Virus record (IMG/VR): IMGVR_UViG_2681813261_000010
DNA length: 18,665 nucleotides
Strand: one strand, 5' to 3'
Source of the DNA: a virus
Taxonomy: Duplodnaviria; Heunggongvirae; Uroviricota; Caudoviricetes
The translations under genes and the position numbers were made by a program. A model generated the notes under the pieces. The model did not search any database. It was not told the origin of the DNA and saw only the letters and a list, made by a program, of their open reading frames with translations. Below are positions 8,277-17,124 of this stretch, piece after piece. The first letter of the stretch is position 1, and each line of letters begins with the position of its first letter.

Positions 8277-9920
8277 GTGGAAGTGACGAAGGCAAAACCG
8301 GTGACGCGCACCATTACGTCCGCGAACATTGACCGCCTGCGGGTTACCTTCGGGGTGCAGTCACTGGTGCAGACCACGTCAAAGGGTGACCGAAACCCGA
8401 CATCCGTCCGCCTGCTGATTCAGTTACAGCGTAACGGTAACTGGGTGACAGAAAAGGATGTCACCATTAACGGCAAGACCACCTCGCAGTTTCTGGCGTC
8501 GGTGATTCTGGATAATCTGCCTCCCCGTCCTTTTAACATCCGGATGGTCCGGGAGACAGCGGACAGCACCACGGACCAGCTGCAGAATAAGACGCTGTGG
8601 TCGTCATACACCGAAATCATCGATGTGAAACAGTGCTACCCGAACACGGCCATTGTGGGGCTGCAGGTGGATGCGGAGCAGTTCGGCGGCCAGCAGATGA
8701 CGGTGAACTACCATATCCGCGGTCGCATCATCCAGGTGCCGTCAAACTATGACCCGGAAAAACGCACGTACAGTGGTATCTGGGACGGTAGCCTGAAACC
8801 GGCATACAGCAACAATCCGGCCTGGTGTCTGTGGGACATGCTGACTCACCCGCGCTACGGCATGGGAAAACGTCTGGGGGCGGCGGATGTGGACAAGTGG
8901 GCGCTGTATGCCATCGGGCAGTACTGCGACCAGACGGTCCCGGATAGTTTCGGGGAGACCGAGCCGCGGATGACCTTCAATGCGTACCTGGCACAACAGC
9001 GTAAGGCATGGGACGTGCTCAGTGATTTCTGCTCGGCGATGCGCTGTATGCCGGTATGGAACGGCCAGACGCTGACGTTTGTTCAGGACCGCCCGTCGGA
9101 TGTGGTGTGGCCGTACACCAACAGCGATGTGGTGGTGGATGATAACGGCGTGGGTTTCCGCTACAGCTTCAGTGCCCTGAAGGACCGGCACACGGCGGTG
9201 GAGGTGAATTATACCGACCCGCAGAACGGCTGGCAGACCTCCACGGAACTGGTGGAAGACCCGGAAGCCATACTGCGCTACGGACGCAACCTGCTGAAGA
9301 TGGACGCGTTCGGCTGTACCAGCCGCGGTCAGGCCCACCGTGCCGGACTGTGGGTGATAAAGACCGAACTGCTGGAAACGCAGACGGTGGATTTCACGCT
9401 CGGGTCTCAGGGGCTGCGGCACACACCCGGTGACATCATTGAAATCTGTGATAACGACTATGCCGGGACCCTGACCGGCGGACGTGTCCTGTCCATTGAT
9501 GCTGCCACCCGCACTCTGACGCTGGACCGTGAAGTGACACTTCCGGAGACCGGTGCCGCCACGGTGAACCTGATTAACGGCAGCGGTAAGCCGGTGAGTG
9601 TGGACATCACCGAACACCCCGCGCCGGACCGGATACAGGTCAGTACCCTGCCTGATGGTGTGGAGACATACGGGGTGTGGGGACTCTCCCTGCCGTCACT
9701 GCGCCGTCTCCTGTTCCGCTGTGTCTCCGTCCGGGAAAACACGGACGGCACCTTTGCCATCACGGCGGTGCAGCACGTACTGGAAAAAGAAGCCATCGTG
9801 GATAACGGTGCCCGCTTTGAGCCGCAGTCAGGTTCCCTGAACAGCGTCATCCCACCGGCAGTGCAGCACCTGACGGCCAGTATCTGGCGCAGGCGAAATG
9901 GGACACGCCGCGGGTGGTGA
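8277..9920 (+). CDS. J: J central fragment (ORF-caller start at GTG 8277; homology actually resumes right after the TGA, from 8208)
   Basis: ORF-track entry of 547 aa with lambda J-like sequence throughout ([39 protein letters not shown]...). Same frame as 8004-8207. Confidence 0.6.
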   Translation: MEVTKAKPVTRTITSANIDRLRVTFGVQSLVQTTSKGDRNPTSVRLLIQLQRNGNWVTEKDVTINGKTTSQFLASVILDNLPPRPFNIRMVRETADSTTDQLQNKTLWSSYTEIIDVKQCYPNTAIVGLQVDAEQFGGQQMTVNYHIRGRIIQVPSNYDPEKRTYSGIWDGSLKPAYSNNPAWCLWDMLTHPRYGMGKRLGAADVDKWALYAIGQYCDQTVPDSFGETEPRMTFNAYLAQQRKAWDVLSDFCSAMRCMPVWNGQTLTFVQDRPSDVVWPYTNSDVVVDDNGVGFRYSFSALKDRHTAVEVNYTDPQNGWQTSTELVEDPEAILRYGRNLLKMDAFGCTSRGQAHRAGLWVIKTELLETQTVDFTLGSQGLRHTPGDIIEICDNDYAGTLTGGRVLSIDAATRTLTLDREVTLPETGAATVNLINGSGKPVSVDITEHPAPDRIQVSTLPDGVETYGVWGLSLPSLRRLLFRCVSVRENTDGTFAITAVQHVLEKEAIVDNGARFEPQSGSLNSVIPPAVQHLTASIWRRRNGTRRGW

Positions 9921-11455
9921 AGGGTGTGCGCTTCAGTCTGCGCCTGACCAGTGGTAAGGGAACGGATGCCAGACTGGTGACCACCGCCATCACCGCAGAC
10001 ACGGAGCACCGTTTCAGCGGCCTGCCGCTCGGGGAATACACCCTGACGGTGCGGGCGATAAACAGCTATGGCCAGCAGGGTGAACCTGCCACCACCACCT
10101 TCCGGATTGCCGCACCGGCAGCACCGTCGCGGATTGAGCTGACGCCGGGCTATTTTCAGATAACCGCAACGCCGCATCTTGCCGTTTATGACCCGACGGT
10201 ACAGTTTGAGTTCTGGTTCTCGGAAAAGCGGATTGCGGATATCAGGCAGGTTGAAACCACAGCACGCTATCTTGGCACGGCGCTGTACTGGATAGCCGCC
10301 AGTATCAATATCAAACCGGGCCATGATTATTATTTTTACGTTCGCAGTGTGAACACCGTTGGCAAATCGGCATTCGTGGAGGCTGTCGGTCGGGCGAGCG
10401 ATGATGCGGAAGGTTACTTGGATTTTTTCAAAGGAGAGATAGGGAAAACACATCTGGCTCAGGAGCTGTGGACGCAGATTGATAACGGTCAGCTTGCGCC
10501 TGACCTGGCTGAAATCAGGACGTCCATTACGGATGTCAGCAATGAAATCACGCAGACTGTCAATAAGAAACTGAAAGACCAGAGTGCGGCAATCCAGCAG
10601 ATACAGAAGGTTCAGGTTGATACAAATAATAATCTGAACAGCATGTGGGCTGTGAAGCTGCAACAGATGAAGGACGGACGCCTTTATATTGCGGGTATCG
10701 GTGCCGGTATTGAGAATACGCCAGCAGGAATGCAGAGTCAGGTGCTGCTGGCGGCAGACAGGATTGCGATGATTAATCCTGCGAATGGCAACACAAAGCC
10801 GATGTTTGTTGGTCAGGGCGATCAGATATTCATGAACGACGTGTTCCTGAAACGCCTGACGGCTCCCACCATTACCAGCGGCGGTAATCCTCCGGCATTT
10901 TCCCTGACACCGGACGGAAAACTGACCGCTAAAAATGCAGATATCAGTGGCAGTGTGAATGCGAACGCCGGGACGCTCAACAATGTCACAATTAATGAGA
11001 ACTGTCAGATTAAGGGGAAACTGTCAGCCAACCAGATTGAAGGCGATATAGTCAAAACAGTGGGTAAGGCTTTTCCGCGGGACTCCCGGGCACCGGAGCG
11101 GTGGCCATCAGGGACCATTACCGTCAGGATTTATGACGATCAGCCTTTTGACAGGCAAATTGTTATTCCGGCGGTGGCATTCAGCGGCGCTAAACATGAG
11201 CGGGAGAATAACGATATTTATTCGTCATGCCGCCTGATAGTACGGAAAAACGGTGCTGAAATTTATAACCGTACCGCGCTGGATAATACGCTGATTTACA
11301 GTGGTGTTATTGATATGCCAGCTGGTCGCGGCCACATGACGCTGGAGTTTTCGGTGTCAGCATGGCTGGTGAATAACTGGTATCCCACAGCAAGTATCAG
11401 CGATTTGCTGGTTGTGGTGATGAAGAAAGCCACCGCAGGCATCAGTATCAGCTGA
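9914..11455 (+). CDS. J: J C-terminal fragment including the receptor-binding region (ORF-caller start at GTG 9914; homology begins about 9872 in this frame)
   Basis: 513 aa ORF-track entry containing the conserved fibronectin-like stretch ([31 protein letters not shown]...) and a C-terminus that differs from lambda as recalled. Confidence 0.6.
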   Translation: MVKGVRFSLRLTSGKGTDARLVTTAITADTEHRFSGLPLGEYTLTVRAINSYGQQGEPATTTFRIAAPAAPSRIELTPGYFQITATPHLAVYDPTVQFEFWFSEKRIADIRQVETTARYLGTALYWIAASINIKPGHDYYFYVRSVNTVGKSAFVEAVGRASDDAEGYLDFFKGEIGKTHLAQELWTQIDNGQLAPDLAEIRTSITDVSNEITQTVNKKLKDQSAAIQQIQKVQVDTNNNLNSMWAVKLQQMKDGRLYIAGIGAGIENTPAGMQSQVLLAADRIAMINPANGNTKPMFVGQGDQIFMNDVFLKRLTAPTITSGGNPPAFSLTPDGKLTAKNADISGSVNANAGTLNNVTINENCQIKGKLSANQIEGDIVKTVGKAFPRDSRAPERWPSGTITVRIYDDQPFDRQIVIPAVAFSGAKHERENNDIYSSCRLIVRKNGAEIYNRTALDNTLIYSGVIDMPAGRGHMTLEFSVSAWLVNNWYPTASISDLLVVVMKKATAGISIS

Positions 11456-11474
11456 ATTTTATAACCCATATACG

Positions 11475-11499
11475 GGCGCCAGAAATGGCGCCTTTTTTA
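11475..11499 (+). terminator. Intrinsic terminator downstream of J
   Basis: ggcgcca-gaaa-tggcgcc hairpin (7 bp stem) followed by ttttttatt, 20 nt after the J stop. Confidence 0.6.
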
Positions 11500-11522
11500 T
11501 TGCAGAAAAGCGAGAGGTAATT

Positions 11523-12122
11523 ATGCGTAAAGTTTGTGCAGCCATTTTGTCCGCAGCCATCTGTCTGTCCGTATCCGGTGCGCCTGCATGGGCGTCTGAA
11601 CATCAGTCCACACTGAGCGCGGGGTATCTTCATGCCCGTACGAACGCTCCCGGCAGCGATAATCTGAACGGGATTAACGTGAAATACCGTTATGAGTTTA
11701 CGGACGCGCTGGGGCTGATTACGTCCTTCAGTTATGCCAATGCTGAGGATGAGCAAAAAACGCACTACAGCGATACCCGCTGGCATGAAGATTCCGTGCG
11801 TAACCGCTGGTTCAGCGTGATGGCGGGGCCGTCTGTACGCGTGAATGAATGGTTCAGCGCGTATGCGATGGTGGGTGTGGCTTACAGCCGTGTGTCGACT
11901 TTCTCCGGGGATTATCTCCGCGTAACTGACAACAAGGGGAAAACGCACGATGTGCTGACCGGAAGTGATGACGGTCGCCACAGCAACACGTCTCTGGCGT
12001 GGGGGGCTGGCGTGCAGTTTAACCCGACCGAATCCGTGACCATTGACCTTGCTTATGAAGGTTCCGGTAGTGGTGACTGGCGAACGGATGCATTTATTGT
12101 TGGTATCGGATACCGTATCTGA
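11523..12122 (+). CDS. lom: Outer membrane protein Lom (Ail/Lom/PagC family beta-barrel), moron
   Basis: 199 aa ORF with signal peptide (MRKVCAAILSAAICLSVSGAPAWA) and C-terminal aromatic terminus (...DWRTDAFIVGIGYRI), resembling lambda Lom as recalled. GAGAGG Shine-Dalgarno. Flanked by terminators on both sides. Confidence 0.92.
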   Translation: MRKVCAAILSAAICLSVSGAPAWASEHQSTLSAGYLHARTNAPGSDNLNGINVKYRYEFTDALGLITSFSYANAEDEQKTHYSDTRWHEDSVRNRWFSVMAGPSVRVNEWFSAYAMVGVAYSRVSTFSGDYLRVTDNKGKTHDVLTGSDDGRHSNTSLAWGAGVQFNPTESVTIDLAYEGSGSGDWRTDAFIVGIGYRI

Positions 12123-12227
12123 CAACAGACGCCGATTTATCTTCTGTAAATATTGTTATGATACGCAGGTTCATCCACCTTATGGGGTGAACTGCGTTTG
12201 AGGAAACGTAAAGTTACACTGTCCTGA

Positions 12228-12259
12228 AGCCCGTGGCGTCACTGCTGCGGGCTTTTTTT
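12228..12259 (+). terminator. Intrinsic terminator downstream of lom
   Basis: Hairpin aagcccgtggc...gctgcgggctt (with G-U wobbles) followed by tttttttatt, immediately upstream of the stf start. Confidence 0.5.
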
Positions 12260-12273
12260 ATTGGTGGAAAAGT

Positions 12274-13516
12274 ATGACAGTAAAAATTTCTGGCGTGCTT
12301 AAAGATGGCACAGGAAAACCAGTACAGAACTGCACCATTGTGCTGAAGGCCAGACGAACCAGCAGCACGATGGTGGTGAACACGGTGGCCTCTGAAAATC
12401 CGGATGAAGCCGGACGTTACAGCATGGATGTTGAGCATGGTCAGTACAGCGTCACCCTGCTGGTTGAAGGTTTTCCGCCTTCACATGCCGGGACCATTAC
12501 CGTCTATGAAGGTTCCAGACCAGGTACGCTGAATGATTTTCTCGGTGCCATGACGGAGGATGATGTCCGACCGGAGGCACTGCGCCGCTTTGAGCAGATG
12601 GTGGAAGAGGTGTCACGTAACGCCTCCGCGGTTGCACAGAATACGGCAGCCGCGAAAAAATCAGCCAGCGAGGCGGCAACTCATGCAACCGATGCTGCAG
12701 CCTCAGCACGTGCCGCCAGCACGTCAGCCGGACAGGCCGCGTCGTCGGCTCAGTCAGCGTCTTCCAGCGCAGGAACGGCATCGACAAAGGCCCGTGAAGC
12801 AGCAAAAAGTGCTGCTGCAGAGTCATCAAAAAGCGCGGCAGCTACCAGCGCCAGTGCCGCGAAAACGTCAGAAACGAATGCCGCAGCATCACAAAAATCG
12901 GCAGCCACTTCTGCATCCACAGCGACCACGAAGGCGTCAGAAGCTGCCACCTCGGCACGGGGTGCGGCGGCCTCAAAAGAGGCAGCGAAATCTTCAGAAA
13001 CGAATGCATCATCAAGTGCCAGTAGTGCAGCTTCCTCGGCAACGGCGGCAGGAAATTCCGCGAAGGCGGCAAAAACGTCCGAGACGAACGCTAAGTCTTC
13101 TGAAACAGCAGCGGGACAGAGCGCCTCAGCTGCGGCAGGTTCAAAAACAGCGGCTGCATTATCTGCCAGTGCCGCGTCAACAAGTGCCGGGCAGGCCTCA
13201 GCCAGTGCCACCGCCGCCGGAAAATCGGCAGAAAGCGCCGCATCATCCGCTTCAACAGCCACAACGAAGGCTGGCAAAGCCACTGAGCAAGCCACTGCAG
13301 CAGCGAGGTCTGCTTCTGCAGCAAAAACCTCTGAAACAAATGCAAAGACTTCAGCAGACAATGCTGCTTCCTCTAAGGCAGCAGCCGCATCGTCCGCCAG
13401 TTCGGCGGCGTCATCGGCATCATCGGCGTCTGCTTCAAAAGATGAGGCGACCAGACAAGCGTCAGCAGCGAAAGGTAGTGCCACGACAGCAACAACGAAA
13501 GCATCAGAGGCGGCAG
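12274..13516 (+). CDS. stf: Side tail fiber protein Stf, 5' portion (copy 1), truncated by the assembly gap
   Basis: [28 protein letters not shown]... matches the lambda Stf N-terminus, followed by the Ala/Ser/Thr-rich region. The frame runs into the N-run at 13517; the ORF-track continuation to 13683 is a chimera with a lom fragment. Confidence 0.8.
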
Positions 13517-13527
13517 NNNNNNNNNNN
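13517..13527. other. Assembly gap (11 N) coinciding with a stf-to-lom junction
   Basis: N-run; unrelated genes on either side (stf Ala/Ser repeat upstream, mid-lom sequence downstream). Confidence 0.95.
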
Positions 13528-13717
13528 TGGTTCAGCGCGTATGCGATGGCGGGTGTGGCTTACAGCCGTGTGTCGACTTTTTCCGGGGATTATATCCGCG
13601 TAACTGACAATAAGGGGAAAACGCACGATGTGCTGACCGGAAGTGATGACGGTCGCCACAGCAACACGTCTCTGGCGCACTGACGGTTTCATCGTGGGTG
13701 TCGGTTATAAATTCTGA
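13528..13717 (+). pseudogene. lom: lom paralog 3' remnant with an internal deletion/frameshift
   Basis: WFSAYAMAGVAYSRVSTFSGDYIRVTDNKGKTHDVLTGSDDGRHSNTSLA is ~96% identical in nucleotides to lom 11848-12000. The Lom C-terminus TDGFIVGVGYKF* is then read in a different frame (13679-13717), consistent with a ~30-codon deletion. No 5' end is present. Confidence 0.7.
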
Positions 13718-13743
13718 TTAGCCAGGTAACACAGTGTTATGAC

Positions 13744-13770
13744 AGCCCGCCGGTTCAGGCGGGCTTTTTT
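13744..13770 (+). terminator. Intrinsic terminator upstream of stf copy 2
   Basis: agcccgcc-ggttca-ggcgggct hairpin followed by tttttt. Confidence 0.55.
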
Positions 13771-13781
13771 GTGGGGTGAAT

Positions 13782-16700
13782 ATGGCAGTAAAGATTTCAG
13801 GTGTACTGAAAGACGGCACAGGAAAACCGGTACAGAACTGCACAATCCAGCTGAAAGCAAAACGTAACAGCACCACGGTGGTGGTGAACACGCTGGCCTC
13901 AGAAAATCCGGATGAAGCCGGGCGTTACAGCATGGACGTTGAGTACGGTCAGTACAGCGTTATTCTGTTGGTGGAAGGATTCCCGCCGTCACATGCCGGG
14001 ACCATCACCGTGTATGAAGATTCCCGACCCGGTACGCTGAATGATTTTCTCGGTGCCATGACGGAGGATGATGCCCGTCCGGAGGCACTGCGCCGTTTTG
14101 AGCTGATGGTGGAAGAGGTGGCGCGTAACGCGTCCGCGGTGGCACAGAACACGGCAGCCGCGAAGAAATCAGCCAGCGATGCCAGCACATCAGCCCGTGA
14201 GGCGGCAACCCATGCGACTGATGCTGCAGATTCAGCACGTGCAGCCAGCACGTCAGCCGGACAGGCCGCTTCGTCGGCTCAGTCAGCGTCTTCCAGCGCA
14301 GGAACGGCATCAACAAAGGCCACTGAAGCCTCAAAAAGTGCTGCCGCTGCAGAGTCCTCAAAAAGCGCGGCGGCTACCAGTGCCGGTGCGGCGAAAACGT
14401 TAGAAACGAATGCGGCAGCGTCACAACAATCAGCAGCCACTTCTGCATCCACCGCGACCACGAAAGCGTCAGAAGCTGCCACCTCAGCCCGGGATGCGTC
14501 GGCTTCAAAAGAGGCGGCAAAATCATCAGAAACGAACGCATCATCAAGCGCCAGTAGCGCAGCTTCCTCGGCGACGGCGGCTGCAAATTCTGCGAAGGCG
14601 GCCAAAACGTCCGAGACGAACGCCAGGTCTTCTGAAACGGCAGCGGGACAGAGTGCCTCAGCTGCGGCAGGCTCAAAAACAGCGGCTGCGTCGTCTGCCA
14701 GCGCCGCGTCAACAAGTGCCGGGCAGGCCTCAGCCAGTGCCACCGCCGCCGGAAAATCGGCAGAAAGCGCCGCATCATCCGCTTCAACAGCCACAACGAA
14801 GGCTGGCGAAGCCACTGAGCAGGCCACGGCAGCAGCGAGGTCAGCTTCCGCAGCGAAGACATCCGAAACGAACGCGAAAGCGTCGGAAACCCGTGCAGAA
14901 TCCTCAAAAACGGCTGCCGCATCGTCCGCCAGTTCGGCGGCGTCATCGGCATCATCGGCGTCTGCTTCAAAAGATGAGGCGACCAGACAGGCGTCAGCAG
15001 CGAAGGGCAGCGCCACGACGGCATCCACGAAGGCGACAGAGGCTGCTGGTAGTGCGACGGCAGCAGCTCAGAGCAAAAGTACGGCGGAATCTGCAGCAAC
15101 GCGCGCTGAGACAGCGGCAAAACGGGCAGAGGATATTGCATCCGCCGTGGCGCTTGAGGATGCGAGCACGACGAAAAAGGGGATAGTACAGCTCAGTAGT
15201 GCGACTAACAGCACTTCCGAGTCACTGGCGGCAACACCAAAAGCCGTTAAGGCCGCGTATGACCTGGCTAACGGGAAATACACCGCACAGGATGCAACGA
15301 CAGCACAGAAAGGGATAATCCAGCTAAGCAGCGCGACCAACAGCACGTCTGAAACGCTGGCGGCAACGCCAAAGGCAGTAAAAGCAGCCAATGACAATGC
15401 TGAGAAACGTCTGCAGAAAGATCAGAACGGTGCGGATATCCCTGGCAAAGACACCTTTACGAAAAATATTGGTGCCTGCCGTGCCTTCGGTGGGTCAGTA
15501 AGCACAACAACAGGAAACTGGACGACTGCACAGTTTATCGAGTGGCTGGATTCTCAGGGAGCATTTAACCATCCATACTGGATGTGCAAGGGTTCCTGGT
15601 CTTATGGCAATAATAAAATCATTACTGATACTGGCTGCGGTAATATTCATCTCGCCGGAGCTGTCATTGAAGTAATGGGGATAAAGTCAGCGATGACGAT
15701 CCGCATTACCACTCCGACCACATCCAGCGGTGGCGGAACAACCAACGCCCAGTTTACCTATATTAATCACGGAACAGATTATTCACCTGGCTGGCGAAGG
15801 GACTATAACTCCAGAAATAAGCCAACGGCATCAGAGATCGGGGCGCTACCGTCAGGTGGAACAGCAGTATCATCAGTTAATCTGGCTTCAAAAGGTCGGG
15901 TAGCCGCGCTGACAGACAATACGCAGGGGGCAGCAGGTCTTGAGTTATACGAGGTGTATAACAACGGATATCCAACAGCGTATGGAAATATCATTCACCT
16001 GAAAGGGATGACAGCCGTTGGCGAAGGTGAGTTACTCATCGGCTGGAGTGGTACAAGCGGTGCTCATGCTCCGGCATTTATTCGTTCACGACGGGATACG
16101 ACCGACGCAAACTGGTCGCCGTGGGCGCAGCTTTACACCTCGGCTCATCCTCCTGCAGAGTTTTATCCAGTCGGTGCACCAATCCCGTGGCCATCAGATA
16201 CCGTTCCGTCTGGTTATGCCCTGATGCAGGGGCAGACTTTTGACAAATCTGCTTACCCGAAACTTGCAGCCGCTTATCCGTCAGGCGTGATCCCTGATAT
16301 GCGTGGCTGGACGATTAAGGGCAAGCCCGCCAGTGGTCGTGCCGTATTGTCTCAGGAACAGGATGGCATTAAATCGCACACCCACAGCGCCAGCGCATCC
16401 AGTACGGATTTGGGGACGAAAACCACATCGTCGTTTGATTACGGCACTAAATCCACGAATAACACCGGGGCGCATACGCACAGTCTGAGCGGCTCTACAA
16501 GTTCAGCTGGGGCCCACCAACATAGTCAGACTGGGCCCAGAACGAATAGCGGGAGTCAACCTACTGGAATGTTTCCGGCAGGGAGTACTCAAGTTAGCGG
16601 GACTAATCAGGTTGGTATCAGTGGCTCATTAACCAGTGGCACCTCCCAATGGGTAGGTAAATCATCTTCAGAAGGAAACCATACACACTCACTGTCCGGC

Positions 16701-16865
16701 ACAGCAGCATCTGCGGGTGCACACGCGCATACTGTCGGTATTGGTGCTCATACGCACTCTGTTGCGATTGGTTCACATGGACACACCATCACCGTTAACG
16801 CTGCTGGTAACGCGGAAAACACCGTCAAAAACATCGCATTTAACTATATTGTGAGGCTCGCATAA
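13782..16865 (+). CDS. stf: Side tail fiber protein Stf, full length (copy 2)
   Basis: [28 protein letters not shown]... (ATG 13782; the ORF-track start at 13776 is a GTG two codons upstream). Ala/Ser-rich region, duplicated [15 protein letters not shown] motif, His-rich HxH repeats, and the lambda Stf C-terminus [22 protein letters not shown]. Confidence 0.9.
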   Translation: MAVKISGVLKDGTGKPVQNCTIQLKAKRNSTTVVVNTLASENPDEAGRYSMDVEYGQYSVILLVEGFPPSHAGTITVYEDSRPGTLNDFLGAMTEDDARPEALRRFELMVEEVARNASAVAQNTAAAKKSASDASTSAREAATHATDAADSARAASTSAGQAASSAQSASSSAGTASTKATEASKSAAAAESSKSAAATSAGAAKTLETNAAASQQSAATSASTATTKASEAATSARDASASKEAAKSSETNASSSASSAASSATAAANSAKAAKTSETNARSSETAAGQSASAAAGSKTAAASSASAASTSAGQASASATAAGKSAESAASSASTATTKAGEATEQATAAARSASAAKTSETNAKASETRAESSKTAAASSASSAASSASSASASKDEATRQASAAKGSATTASTKATEAAGSATAAAQSKSTAESAATRAETAAKRAEDIASAVALEDASTTKKGIVQLSSATNSTSESLAATPKAVKAAYDLANGKYTAQDATTAQKGIIQLSSATNSTSETLAATPKAVKAANDNAEKRLQKDQNGADIPGKDTFTKNIGACRAFGGSVSTTTGNWTTAQFIEWLDSQGAFNHPYWMCKGSWSYGNNKIITDTGCGNIHLAGAVIEVMGIKSAMTIRITTPTTSSGGGTTNAQFTYINHGTDYSPGWRRDYNSRNKPTASEIGALPSGGTAVSSVNLASKGRVAALTDNTQGAAGLELYEVYNNGYPTAYGNIIHLKGMTAVGEGELLIGWSGTSGAHAPAFIRSRRDTTDANWSPWAQLYTSAHPPAEFYPVGAPIPWPSDTVPSGYALMQGQTFDKSAYPKLAAAYPSGVIPDMRGWTIKGKPASGRAVLSQEQDGIKSHTHSASASSTDLGTKTTSSFDYGTKSTNNTGAHTHSLSGSTSSAGAHQHSQTGPRTNSGSQPTGMFPAGSTQVSGTNQVGISGSLTSGTSQWVGKSSSEGNHTHSLSGTAASAGAHAHTVGIGAHTHSVAIGSHGHTITVNAAGNAENTVKNIAFNYIVRLA

Positions 16866-17123
16866 TGGCATTCAGAATGAGTGAACAAGCACGGACCATA
16901 AAAATTTATAACCTGCTGGCCGGAACTAATGAATTTATTGGTGAAGGTGACGCATATATTCCGCCTCATACAGGTCTGCCTGCAAACATCGTGGCATCTC
17001 GTTGAAGATCATCGGGGTAAAACGGTTTATGACGTGGCTTCCGGCGACGCGTTATTTATTTCTGAACTCGGCTCATTACCGGAAAATGTCACCTGGTTAT
17101 CCCCGGAAGGGGAGTTTCAGAAG
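16865..17123 (+). pseudogene. tfa: Tail fiber assembly protein Tfa, 5' fragment with frameshift, truncated by a gap
   Basis: [41 protein letters not shown] matches the lambda Tfa N-terminus (ATG overlaps the stf TAA). The frame hits TGA at 17003-17005, while Tfa-like sequence ([44 protein letters not shown]) continues in the +1 frame from 16992 to the N at 17124. Confidence 0.7.
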
Positions 17124-17124
17124 N

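Larger units (their letters stand above)
8004..11455 (+). pseudogene. J: Tail tip / host-specificity protein J, disrupted by an in-frame TGA at 8205-8207 and a frameshift near 9872-9881
   Basis: Three collinear ORF pieces together give a lambda gpJ-like protein of ~1150 aa (MGKGGGKAHTPREAKDNLKSTQ...; ...[13 protein letters not shown]...; ...[30 protein letters not shown]...; ...[15 protein letters not shown]). Segments 1 and 2 share a frame and are separated only by the TGA; segment 3 is in the -1 frame. AGGGGAAGG Shine-Dalgarno precedes ATG 8004. Confidence 0.85.

Noticed and set aside
9458-10663. 401 aa minus-strand ORF (and a 291 aa one at 8742-9617) antisense to J
   Set aside because: Antisense to strongly conserved J coding sequence; Arg/Cys-rich low-complexity translation; no start-site support.
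12560-13603. 347 aa + ORF and 244 aa minus ORF within the stf repeat region (also 14279-15186 and 17002-17628)
   Set aside because: Out-of-frame or antisense readings of the Ala/Ser-rich stf repeat. The true frame is the one continuous with the conserved Stf N-terminus. The 17002 ORF also spans an N.
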